Below, piece after piece: positions 30,958-39,862 of a DNA stretch of 64,000 nt (positions within the stretch are counted from its first letter, which is position 1; each line of letters opens with the position of its first letter). The translations under genes and the position numbers were made by a program. The notes beneath the pieces are model-generated. The model saw only the letters and a list, made by a program, of their open reading frames with translations, was not told the DNA's origin and did not search any database. Source of the DNA: Candidatus Latescibacterota bacterium (GTDB taxonomy: Bacteria > Latescibacterota > UBA2968 > UBA8231); contig CBDAOB010000005.1 in NCBI GenBank assembly GCA_965197905.1, positions 1,664,001 to 1,728,000 of the forward strand, written 5' to 3'.

Positions 30958-31080
30958 ACATAGCCTGTGCGGTACGAATTTCGTTAATGTGAGTGACAGA
31001 GAAAACTTTCAGCGATTATGATGGCGACACTGACAGAAAATATCAATAGTCATTACAGCCAATTCGTCATCCAAACGACG

Positions 31081-31134
31081 CGACCAGACCGACTTGACCG
31101 CTACCGATAGTACCGTTTATCCTTCTACCCGTCC
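31081..31134 (+). promoter_or_regulatory. Duplicated promoter-like element, copy 2
   Basis: TTGACC-N18-TATCCT; about 47 of 56 positions match 28581-28636 by hand alignment. Confidence 0.55.
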
Positions 31135-31148
31135 GCGGCTCTGATGGG

Positions 31149-31290
31149 ATGCCAATTCGTGGGAAGGAATTCATCAGACCCCAGCCGCGTGATTTTACAG
31201 CTGCTATCTTCAAGCTCCAGACGAGTGAAAGTGGCAAACTGCCCACCCACGAGGACATCAAGAAGGGCATCAAAAATGGCTCAATCCAGA
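31149..31290 (+). pseudogene. Fragment of a cytochrome c gene
   Basis: RPQPRDFTAAIFKLQTSESGKLPTHEDIKKGIKNG aligns with NPRPRDFTRGQYKIRSTESRELPTDDDLLRIVTDG of 22583..24415; no CxxCH or signal peptide. Confidence 0.6.
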
Positions 31291-31345
31291 TTGACATCTG
31301 GAATTTCGGACCGTCAAACGAAATCTGCAAACCGAGATCAATCCA

Positions 31346-32644
31346 TTGACTCTGGGTCTCCCATCTAATCAACTTAGCCAGTTGACTTCCCCTACCGAGT
31401 ACCGCCCGTCCCTCATCTCCTGGAACCTCACCAAAATGTGCAACCTGCGGTGTCCGCACTGTTATCTAGACGCCGGCAAGAGGGCGGAGGATGAGCTCAC
31501 CACCATTGAATGCTTTGCGCTTATTGACGAGATGAAGGCATTGGGAACGGAAATGCTGATTCTTACCGGTGGGGAGCCGTTATTACGAAAGGATATCTAT
31601 GACATCGCAAGATATGCTTCCGAGCGGGGCATTTGGGTTGTTATGGGTACAAACGGCGTTTTGATTACTGATAAAGTTGTGCAGAAGATGTTGGAATGTG
31701 GGGTGAAGGGCGTGGGCATCAGCATCGATTCAATGGATCCCGAGAAGCACGATGGATTTCGCGGGGGTCCGAAATCGTGGGAATATTCGGTTCAGGCTCT
31801 GGAAATATCTCGAGCCCACGGTTTGGAAGTTCTGGTTCAAACGACGGTCATGGAAACGAATTACTACGAGATTCCTCAGCTGATTGACTTTGCAAAGGAG
31901 AAGGGAGCCTGGTCGTTCAACCTTTATTTTCTGGTGCAGACGGGCCGCGGAGAGGAAATGAACGATCTGTCTCCACAGCAGACCGAGGCGATGCTCACGA
32001 ACCTGGTTGAGGTACAGAACGAATATCGACCCATGCTGGTGCGCTCCAAATGTGCACCGCACTTTAAACGCATTGCCTTTGAAAGAGCACTGGGGGGTCT
32101 AGAGAGCGGGGGGTGCATGGCAGGCACTCAGTATGGACGGATTACACCTGAAGGAAATGTGACGCCTTGCCCGTATATGACGGTCGAGGTTGGCAACATT
32201 AGGGAAAACAGCCTTACAGAGATTTGGCAGACTGCACCAGTTTTTCGGGAATTGAGGGATCTGAAGCAGCTCAAGGGCCGCTGTGGAGACTGTGAGTTTA
32301 AGGAGTTATGCGGCGGCTGTCGCTGTCGGGCTTACGCTGCTTATGGCGATTACTTGCAGGAAGATCCGGCCTGTAGATACCAACCGTCTGGCCAGCCTTT
32401 GCAACTCGAAAGAATCACTTGGACTTCGGAAGCCAAGTCCCGTCTTGAGCGCATCCCTATCGCCTTTATCCGCGAGAAGGTCAAGAAGGGAGTGGAGACG
32501 TACGCGCAACGTATTGGGGCTCGTGCTATCACCGCAGAATTGATGAAAATGGCAACCGCCGGCATGGAACGGCCGGCGGTTGCAAACGGCACTGCCCATT
32601 TGACTGCTACGTCAGATGTGGAGAGTGGCTCTGAACCGGAATAA
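31346..32644 (+). CDS. Radical SAM/SPASM protein (AhbC/AhbD/NirJ-like) with C-terminal PCP_red-like module
   Basis: SWNLTKMCNLRCPHC (CxxxCxxC), LTGGEPLLR, FFLV-like YFLVQTGRG, SPASM cysteines GCMAG...PCPY...CGDCEFKELCGGCRCRA...C, then ITWTSEAKSRLERIP. Confidence 0.88.
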   Translation: MTLGLPSNQLSQLTSPTEYRPSLISWNLTKMCNLRCPHCYLDAGKRAEDELTTIECFALIDEMKALGTEMLILTGGEPLLRKDIYDIARYASERGIWVVMGTNGVLITDKVVQKMLECGVKGVGISIDSMDPEKHDGFRGGPKSWEYSVQALEISRAHGLEVLVQTTVMETNYYEIPQLIDFAKEKGAWSFNLYFLVQTGRGEEMNDLSPQQTEAMLTNLVEVQNEYRPMLVRSKCAPHFKRIAFERALGGLESGGCMAGTQYGRITPEGNVTPCPYMTVEVGNIRENSLTEIWQTAPVFRELRDLKQLKGRCGDCEFKELCGGCRCRAYAAYGDYLQEDPACRYQPSGQPLQLERITWTSEAKSRLERIPIAFIREKVKKGVETYAQRIGARAITAELMKMATAGMERPAVANGTAHLTATSDVESGSEPE

Positions 32645-32667
32645 TACTTAAATTTCCAATTTTTCGT

Positions 32668-33075
32668 TTGATATTACTCGACAATCCTATTGACCTCATG
32701 CAGCTCAGCAACCCAAAACCTCACTGGAACGAACTCGAGTTTCTTAGCTGGAAAGAGTTCAAGCAGATGGCCCCCTCTATCATCCAGCTGGAGATATCCC
32801 GTATCGGAGACATGATCAATGCCCGGGCTACGCACATCGACTTCCGCAACGTGCTCGTGAGGGCCCGGTTTGAATTGCGAAAACTCCAGGAGTGTCTTCA
32901 GCAGGCAGACAGGCCGCCGCTGAAGGATTGTTGTGTTGCACATCTTCGGACTGCGATAATAGGTCTTTCCATTCAGAATCATATACAGGACAAGAATGCG
33001 GCGACAACATTGAAGTACACTTGTGACAGATTGAACTCCGTTCTGAAGAGGATCGATCTGATATTCCAAAACTGA
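32668..33075 (+). CDS. Hypothetical protein
   Basis: ORF fills the gap between the radical SAM and USP genes on the same strand; start may be ATG 32698. Confidence 0.6.
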   Translation: MILLDNPIDLMQLSNPKPHWNELEFLSWKEFKQMAPSIIQLEISRIGDMINARATHIDFRNVLVRARFELRKLQECLQQADRPPLKDCCVAHLRTAIIGLSIQNHIQDKNAATTLKYTCDRLNSVLKRIDLIFQN

Positions 33076-33135
33076 TAGAAAGTTCCTTTCGAGCTGGATC
33101 ACTGACATTCCTAAGACCCATTTGGAGGCCGATAA

Positions 33136-35073
33136 ATGTTCAAAAAGATCTACGTCCCTGTTGATAGCTCTGAGCACTCGATGACGTGCGCGGAGCTGGC
33201 GATTGATCTGGCGAAGAGGTTTGGCTCCGAGTTGGTGGGTTGCCATGCATATGCCGCCAAGATGCACGACATCCGATTCAGGCAGATGGAATTTACGCTG
33301 CCTGCAGAATATCAAGTGGAACAAGAGTTGGAGAAGCAGCGAAGTATACACGACACGCTGATCACAATGGGACTAGAGCTCATTTCGGACTCCTATTTGG
33401 AAGACATGAAGAAGAAATGCGAGACCGAGAAGCTTCCCTTCGAACAGAAGATGATGGACGGCAAGAACTTCAAGATCCTCGTTGATGACATTAACACCAG
33501 CGATTACGACCTGGTGATCATCGGTGCGCTGGGCCTCGGCGCCGTTCGGGATAGCACAATCGGAAGCGTCTGTGAAAGGGTGGTCAGAAGAACCAAGACC
33601 GATACGCTGGTTATCAAGAATACCTCTCCCTTGGAAGATCAGCTCAGTGGAAACGGCAATGGAGAGGTCAAGCATGAACTTGGCAATGGAGGCAATATCG
33701 TTGTCTGCGTCGACGGCAGCCCTGAATCCTTTGCCGGGCTGAGAACAGCCATCTCCCTCGGGAGGGCTGTAAACAGAGAAGTGGAGGCCATCGCCGTCTA
33801 TGATCCCTATCTGCATTATACCATGTTCAACAGCATCGCAAATGTCTTAACCGAGAAGGCATCGAAAGTATTTAAGTTCAAAGAGCAGGAGCAGCTGCAC
33901 GAAGATGTAATCGACACAGGCCTGGCAAAGATATATCAGTCCCACCTGGAGGTCGCACGAAAGATCGCCAAGGAATACGACCTCGACTTGAGGATAACCC
34001 TTCTCGATGGCAAGGCCTTTGAGAAGATTATCCAATATGTAAGACGTGAAAGACCATGGCTCTTGGTTGTAGGACGGATTGGTGTGCACAGCGATGAAGA
34101 CATGGATGTTGGCAGCAATACCGAAAATCTTCTTCGCTTGGCGCCCTGCAACGTTTTTCTGTCCAGCAAGCGATTTACCCCGGCCATCGATGTTCAGGCG
34201 GAGGAATCGATGACGTGGACTGAAGAGGCAACCGCAATCTTGAATACGGCGCCGGAAGGGGTGAGGGGCATAGCCCGTACGACCATACACAGGTGGGCCA
34301 TGGAACGGGGGCATTCGGTCATAACAAGGAAAGTGATCGAGAATGCAATGGCGAGCATATTGCCGGAAAAAGCGATGAGGGCCATGGGGATTATCGCCGA
34401 GGAAGTCGCCGTCGAAAAGGGAAATTTGCTGGAATCAGAGACCTATATCTGTCGCGAGTGCGGCTATGCCGCCCGCGACGTGGAGCCGGTGGTCTGCCCG
34501 GTCTGCCATGGCCCTGCGGGAGGATTCCAGAAGATCGACAAACAAGCCATAGAGAATCTCGCACCGCTGGAAGGAGACATTGATGAAGAGAGAACCTTCG
34601 ACAACCTGAAGTTGAAATGGACCAGCGAAGCAAAGCAGGCCTTGCACGGTGTGCCATCAGGTTACCAGAGAAGAAGGGCGAGAGCGCAAATCGAAAAAAG
34701 CGTCAGGGTGCGCAAGCTTCCAACCATCACCAGGGAGTTGGTCTTGGAGCTTGCCGGGGACATTATCGAAGAAACCAAGAACCTGGAAGAGCGCGGCCGA
34801 CTGAAGAAGGAGATGTCCGGCACGGAAAGCGTTCTCGAGCAACATGTCATTCAGGATGGCAACTTCCGATGGAGCGCCTCCGCCGTGGCTAGGCTGAATC
34901 GCGTCCCTGAGGGATTCATGCGTGATCAGACAAAGGAACGAATAGAAAATTGCGCTAAAACGAAGTCTGTGGATTTCATTAACCTAGAAATCGCAGAGGA
35001 GGGGATTGCGGAAAGCCGAAACATCATGGCGGAGACGATACGAAGAAACAACGAAGATGAATCCCGCAACTGA
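33136..35073 (+). CDS. Multidomain protein: two universal stress protein domains, rubredoxin-like domain and three PCP_red-like modules
   Basis: MFKKIYVPVDSS...DLVIIGALG...GSVCERVVR; IVVCVDGS...LLVVGRIG...GSNTENLLRLAPC; YICRECGY...CPVC; three W(T/S)xxAxxxLxxxP modules; GGAGG RBS. Confidence 0.88.
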   Translation: MFKKIYVPVDSSEHSMTCAELAIDLAKRFGSELVGCHAYAAKMHDIRFRQMEFTLPAEYQVEQELEKQRSIHDTLITMGLELISDSYLEDMKKKCETEKLPFEQKMMDGKNFKILVDDINTSDYDLVIIGALGLGAVRDSTIGSVCERVVRRTKTDTLVIKNTSPLEDQLSGNGNGEVKHELGNGGNIVVCVDGSPESFAGLRTAISLGRAVNREVEAIAVYDPYLHYTMFNSIANVLTEKASKVFKFKEQEQLHEDVIDTGLAKIYQSHLEVARKIAKEYDLDLRITLLDGKAFEKIIQYVRRERPWLLVVGRIGVHSDEDMDVGSNTENLLRLAPCNVFLSSKRFTPAIDVQAEESMTWTEEATAILNTAPEGVRGIARTTIHRWAMERGHSVITRKVIENAMASILPEKAMRAMGIIAEEVAVEKGNLLESETYICRECGYAARDVEPVVCPVCHGPAGGFQKIDKQAIENLAPLEGDIDEERTFDNLKLKWTSEAKQALHGVPSGYQRRRARAQIEKSVRVRKLPTITRELVLELAGDIIEETKNLEERGRLKKEMSGTESVLEQHVIQDGNFRWSASAVARLNRVPEGFMRDQTKERIENCAKTKSVDFINLEIAEEGIAESRNIMAETIRRNNEDESRN

Positions 35074-35112
35074 CAAAAAAAGCACTAATCCGCGCCCTCT
35101 GCGGTAAGCAAA

Positions 35113-36033
35113 ATGAAAACCTACAAAGACATAGCCGGCGACGGCGGATCGAATATTGTTGAGCAGGTTGCCGCCCAGTTAGACCGTGTGAAGTCAAGGA
35201 TGGCTTCCGTGCGGCATATTGTTGCCGTTATGAGTGGCAAGGGCGGAGTCGGAAAGAGTTCCGTCGTCGTGAATCTTGCCTCGGCCTTCGCCCTTCAGGA
35301 TTACTCCGTGGGAATTTTGGATGCCGACATCAACGGTTCGTCTATACCAAAGATGACCGGAGTTCGCGGACACCCGTTGGAGACCGGTCATACCGGAATG
35401 ATGCCCAAGGCGGCCGCTCGAAATCTTAAGGTTATGTCGATTGATCTGTTTTTGTCTGATGACAGCGCGCCGATTATTTGGGACGCCCCCACACAGAAGG
35501 ACGCTTATACCTGGCGCGGCATGATGGAGGCTGCGGCCATTCGCGAATTAATGTCCGACACGGAATGGGGCGAATTGGATTTCTTATTCATTGACCTGCC
35601 GCCAGGAACCGACAAGCTGCCGAATATGTTGGACCTACTCCCGAAAATTTCGGGCACCATTATTGTGACGATCCCATCAGGGCTGTCCCAGTTCGTTGTC
35701 GGTAAATCAATTAAAATGGCGAAGGAATTGCTGCAAACACCGGTGATAGGGTTGGTCGAGAATATGTCGGCGTATATATGCAGTCAATGTGGCCATGAGG
35801 AGGAATTGTTTCCGGGAAGTATCGTCGAGGAGTTGGCGGAACAGCATGATGTGCCGTATCTCGGCAGGATTCCGTTCGACCCGAGAATGGCCGTTTGTGC
35901 TGATGAAGGTTCGCTTTATATCCAAAAGCACAGCGACTTACCGGTTACAAATGCGATCGGGCAGATTGCTCAAAGGGTAAGAGAGTTTTTGAAAACGGAG
36001 GAAAATAATGAAATTCCTATGTGTGGAATGTGA
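35113..36033 (+). CDS. Mrp/ApbC/NBP35 family ATPase (Fe-S cluster carrier-like)
   Basis: SGKGGVGKS, ILDADING, WGELDFLFIDLPPGTD, GLVENMSAYICSQC, YLGRIPFDP. Confidence 0.92.
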   Translation: MKTYKDIAGDGGSNIVEQVAAQLDRVKSRMASVRHIVAVMSGKGGVGKSSVVVNLASAFALQDYSVGILDADINGSSIPKMTGVRGHPLETGHTGMMPKAAARNLKVMSIDLFLSDDSAPIIWDAPTQKDAYTWRGMMEAAAIRELMSDTEWGELDFLFIDLPPGTDKLPNMLDLLPKISGTIIVTIPSGLSQFVVGKSIKMAKELLQTPVIGLVENMSAYICSQCGHEEELFPGSIVEELAEQHDVPYLGRIPFDPRMAVCADEGSLYIQKHSDLPVTNAIGQIAQRVREFLKTEENNEIPMCGM

Positions 36034-36514
36034 CGAACCGATGAAACTGAAGGACACCAAAGGCCCCGACGACGGCTCCATGACCGTTGTCTTCAATTGC
36101 CCAAAATGCGAACGCCAAATCGCTATGCTGACCAACCAAATGGAAACGCAAATGGTACGGTCGCTTGATGTGAAGCTTGGTGCAGGCTCAATCCAGACAG
36201 AGCCCATGGAAACGATTAGGAGTTCTTTGGCCCAAAAACACGACGATGTCCTTACATCATCGATTCATTCTCATGATGAAGCAGACCAAATAGAGTCAGG
36301 TTCCAAGTGTCCGTTTTCCGGAGCCGTTGCCGATGCCTTCGAAATCTCTGGCGAAATCGTCTGGACCCAGGAGGCTGAGGAACGTCTTGGCAGAATCCCA
36401 CCATTTGCCCGATCAATGGCCAAGCAGGGAATTGAACAGCACGCCCGCGAAAGGGGATATAAAGAAATTAGTGATGCGGTGATGGAGGAAGTGAGGGATC
36501 AGTTTGCGATGTGA
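36008..36514 (+). CDS. Zn-ribbon plus PCP_red-like module protein
   Basis: MKFLCVECD...CPKC, MLTNQMETQMVRSL, KCPF, then IVWTQEAEERLGRIPPFARSMAKQGIEQHARERG. Confidence 0.8.
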   Translation: MKFLCVECDEPMKLKDTKGPDDGSMTVVFNCPKCERQIAMLTNQMETQMVRSLDVKLGAGSIQTEPMETIRSSLAQKHDDVLTSSIHSHDEADQIESGSKCPFSGAVADAFEISGEIVWTQEAEERLGRIPPFARSMAKQGIEQHARERGYKEISDAVMEEVRDQFAM

Positions 36515-36541
36515 GTCTGAAGCGGTCTAACCAACTGAACT

Positions 36542-37102
36542 GTGCAGCAGCTGCCGATGCCCTCCTCTAGAGCGATACACCTGACCCCGAAGCAGTTTGG
36601 CGCCACCAATGCCCTCGTGACCCTCACGGCGATGAGCTTCCTGGTCTGGGTGGTCTACTTCCACGAGGGGGATGGCAGCGCTTCGCAGGGGACAACGCTA
36701 CCCCTGATCAACGCGATCTTGAACGGCACAAGCGCTGCCCTAATCTCAGTGGGGCTGTGGGCAATCAAGCAGCGCAAGCGCACGCTGCACATGCAGCTGA
36801 TGCTAGCTGCGTTCGCGTCGTCGGCGCTGTTTCTTGTGAACTACATCTACTACCATTTTTCCCACGGAGATACGCACTTTTCGGGCCACGGAATCATCCG
36901 ACCCATTTACTTCACGGTGCTCATCAGCCACATTCTGCTGTCGATGGTGACCTTCCCGATGATTCTGACGTCATTATATCTCGGACTGAGCAATCGTCTC
37001 GATACCCATAAGCGGCTATCCAAGTGGACGTGGCTGGGGTGGATGTATGTCTCGGTCACGGGAATCGTGGTCTATCTCATGCTCCACGTGGTCGGCTGGT
37101 AA
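36542..37102 (+). CDS. DUF420 (CtaM/YozB-like) membrane protein
   Basis: LPLINAILNG, LHMQLM, YFTVLISHILLS, HKRLSKWT...WMYVSVTGIVVYLML. Confidence 0.85.
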   Translation: MQQLPMPSSRAIHLTPKQFGATNALVTLTAMSFLVWVVYFHEGDGSASQGTTLPLINAILNGTSAALISVGLWAIKQRKRTLHMQLMLAAFASSALFLVNYIYYHFSHGDTHFSGHGIIRPIYFTVLISHILLSMVTFPMILTSLYLGLSNRLDTHKRLSKWTWLGWMYVSVTGIVVYLMLHVVGW

Positions 37103-37203
37103 GTAGAGGAAATTTTGACTAGTTTTGTCAACGCAGCTACCAACCCCATTGAGAGAGCAAGCCGCAACTCTAACGTCGCGAAAAGGATAAAAGGAGTTTT
37201 TCT

Positions 37204-37917
37204 ATGCTAGACTGGCTGCCGGAAAACATATCGACCTACGGAGCAGAGATCGACTCTCTTTTTTACATACTCTACTATATAACTTTGGCAACCTTCATTC
37301 TGGTGGCGGCAGCCATGGTAATATTCATGATCAAGTACCGTCACCGCGAGGGGCACCGGGCGAAATACGTTCACGGGCACGCTGGCCTAGAGATTACATG
37401 GACTGCTCTCACGGCGGTGACCGTGATTGCATTTGGCTTGATGAGCGCGCCATTGTGGACCAAAATAAAGCAAGATGTACCTCCTTATGAGATTCAAGTT
37501 CAGGTGAGCGGCAAGCAGTTTAACTGGGACGTTCTCTATCCCGGACCGGACGGAGAGTTTGGTACACAGGATGATCTCGAGATCGAGAACATGGTCCACG
37601 TTCCGGTTAATAAGGTCGTGCGGGTTGTTCTTACATCGCGGGACGTCATTCACAGTTTCTTCGTGCCGGTCCTGCGCCTGAAGCAGGATTCTCTGCCAGG
37701 TCGAAAGATCGATGCCTGGTTTGAAGCGACCAAGACGGGGAGATATGAGATACCCTGTGCTGAGTTGTGTGGATTCGGGCACTCCGGGATGCTCGGTTAT
37801 CTAATTGTGCACACCGATGAAGATTATAAAGCGTGGGTGCAGGAAAATTGGCCGGGGATGGAGTCGGCGATGGAGTCGGGGTCAGACCAGGGATCGAAAT
37901 CATTAGAGATCAATTAG
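37204..37917 (+). CDS. ctaC: Cytochrome c oxidase subunit II (no fused cytochrome c)
   Basis: DVIHSFF, CuA motif CAELCGFGHSGM; AAGGAG RBS. Confidence 0.95.
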   Translation: MLDWLPENISTYGAEIDSLFYILYYITLATFILVAAAMVIFMIKYRHREGHRAKYVHGHAGLEITWTALTAVTVIAFGLMSAPLWTKIKQDVPPYEIQVQVSGKQFNWDVLYPGPDGEFGTQDDLEIENMVHVPVNKVVRVVLTSRDVIHSFFVPVLRLKQDSLPGRKIDAWFEATKTGRYEIPCAELCGFGHSGMLGYLIVHTDEDYKAWVQENWPGMESAMESGSDQGSKSLEIN

Positions 37918-37994
37918 TCGGTCGCAACCTTGGTCAAGAATGAAATGTCTAGCTAATCGGCAACAAAATTCAACTCAAAACAGAGGGGTAAGCC

Positions 37995-39839
37995 ATGGCT
38001 GAATCTGCATCTGCAAAAGACACACATGAGGTACATGCCCATGAGGACCTCGGGTTTGTGCGCACATACATCTTCTCGACCGATCATAAGATGATAGCAA
38101 AGCAGTTTCTGTTCTTGGGTCTGTTCATGATGCTTATCGGAGGCGGATTGGCGCTCATGATACGCTGGCAGTTGGGCTATCCCGAACAGCCTCTACCCCT
38201 GATAGGAGTATCACAAGAGTTTCTGGAAACGGCTGAGCCGCAAACGGCAATGGACAGTGTCTGGGAGGGATGGGATGAGGAAGGTACGGAGAATTGGCTG
38301 GTTGAAACCATGCCGTACGGGGTGATGACCGCGGCGTTCTACAACATGGTCTTCACCATGCATGCCACGATAATGATCTTTTTCGTAATTATGCCCATAC
38401 TGGTGGGATGTTTTGGCAATTTCCTCATCCCGCTCATGCTTGGCGCCCGCGATATGGCTTTCCCGAAGCTCAATATGCTTTCGTTCTGGGTCGGTGCAGT
38501 ATCGGGACTTGTGATGCTGGCAGGATTCTTCGTCTCCGGTGGACATGCCTCCACCGGGTGGACCGCCTATGCACCGCTATCCTCCAAGGCTACCTGGACG
38601 GGGGTGGATTGGGGACAAAATCTGTGGTGCATCAGCATCATTATCCTCGCCATTTCGTCCATGATGGGAGCGATAAACTACATCACTACGACCATCAACA
38701 TGCGTGCACCGGGGATGACGTGGATGCGCATGCCGCTCGTCATCTGGTCACTCTTCATCGTGGCAATTCTTCTTCTGTTGGCGCTACCCGTGTTAACCTC
38801 AGCCCTGGCGCTGCTCCTGTTCGACCGCATGGGAGGGACAAGCTTCTTCTCTCCGGCAGGCGGTGGTGAGCCGCTCCTCTGGCAGCATCTCTTCTGGTTC
38901 TTCGGCCATCCAGAGGTTTACGTTCTTATCGTTCCGGCGATGGGGATTACGTCAGATGTATTATCCGTTTTTTCTCGCAAGCCAGTTTTCGGATATGTCG
39001 CTATGGTATTTGCCATGCTTGCTCTCGCTTTCCTCTCATGGATTGTCTGGGGTCACCATATGTTCATGAGTGGAATGAATCCTGCGCTTGGCATGGCCTT
39101 CATGCTGTCGACCATGGTGATTGCGGTGCCGTCGGCGATCAAAACGTTCAATTGGCTTGGCACTATATGGGGTGGTTCAATCCACTTCACGACGCCGATG
39201 CTAAACGCGCTGGCATTTGTGGCGATGTTCGTGATTGGAGGATTGAGTGGTATTCACATGGCTATTACTCCCGTGGACATTTTTATCCACGACACCTACT
39301 ACATCGTTGCGCATATCCATTACGTTGTGTTCGGCGGAAGTATCTTCGGCATGTTTGCAGGTATTTACTTCTGGTTCCCGAAGATGTTTGGTCGCATGAT
39401 GAATGAGACTCTCGGGAAGATTCACTTCTGGCTAACCTTCATAACCTTCAACTGTACATTCATCCCGATGCACCTTATTGGAGTGGGTGGGCACATGCGG
39501 CGAATCTATAATCCGATGCAATATGAGTTCCTGCAGCCGATGCAGCCGATGAATGTCTTTATCACTGTGAGTGCATTCTGTCTTGGTGCCGCGCAGCTTG
39601 TATTTATTTTCAATTTCTGCCGGAGTCTGTATCGTGGAAAGAAAGCAGAGCAGAATCCATGGCAGGCGAATACCCTGGAGTGGAGTGCTCCATCGCCACC
39701 GCCGCATGGCAATTGGGGCGAGACGATTCCATCAGTCTATCGTGGTCCATACGAATACAGCTCTCCGGAAGTCGCCGAGGACTGGCTGCCACAGGATAAA
39801 CGGCTTGAGCCGGCAACGGCGGGTGCTAGTGGTGATTAG
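37995..39839 (+). CDS. ctaD: Cytochrome c oxidase subunit I, A1 type
   Basis: STDHKMI, TMHA, FWFFGHPEVY (A1), WGHH, HDTYYIVAHIH, GHMRRIY. Confidence 0.97.
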   Translation: MAESASAKDTHEVHAHEDLGFVRTYIFSTDHKMIAKQFLFLGLFMMLIGGGLALMIRWQLGYPEQPLPLIGVSQEFLETAEPQTAMDSVWEGWDEEGTENWLVETMPYGVMTAAFYNMVFTMHATIMIFFVIMPILVGCFGNFLIPLMLGARDMAFPKLNMLSFWVGAVSGLVMLAGFFVSGGHASTGWTAYAPLSSKATWTGVDWGQNLWCISIIILAISSMMGAINYITTTINMRAPGMTWMRMPLVIWSLFIVAILLLLALPVLTSALALLLFDRMGGTSFFSPAGGGEPLLWQHLFWFFGHPEVYVLIVPAMGITSDVLSVFSRKPVFGYVAMVFAMLALAFLSWIVWGHHMFMSGMNPALGMAFMLSTMVIAVPSAIKTFNWLGTIWGGSIHFTTPMLNALAFVAMFVIGGLSGIHMAITPVDIFIHDTYYIVAHIHYVVFGGSIFGMFAGIYFWFPKMFGRMMNETLGKIHFWLTFITFNCTFIPMHLIGVGGHMRRIYNPMQYEFLQPMQPMNVFITVSAFCLGAAQLVFIFNFCRSLYRGKKAEQNPWQANTLEWSAPSPPPHGNWGETIPSVYRGPYEYSSPEVAEDWLPQDKRLEPATAGASGD

Positions 39840-39862
39840 CGGGTCGGAGGGACGGCAATTCC

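Noticed and set aside
31134..31189. Structured RNA or riboswitch (CGCGGCT/AGCCGCG, CTGATG/CATCAG, AATTC/GAATT pairings)
   Set aside because: It overlaps the cytochrome c remnant and matches no riboswitch I recognise; it cannot be supported without covariation data.
34495..34509. CPVCH as a c-type heme site in the USP protein
   Set aside because: The protein has no export signal, and the motif pairs with upstream CREC as a rubredoxin-like site.
31346..36514. Chlorophyll biosynthesis genes, suggested by the BchB-like modules
   Set aside because: Only the short C-terminal module is present; there are no BchN/BchB catalytic domains or other photosynthesis genes.
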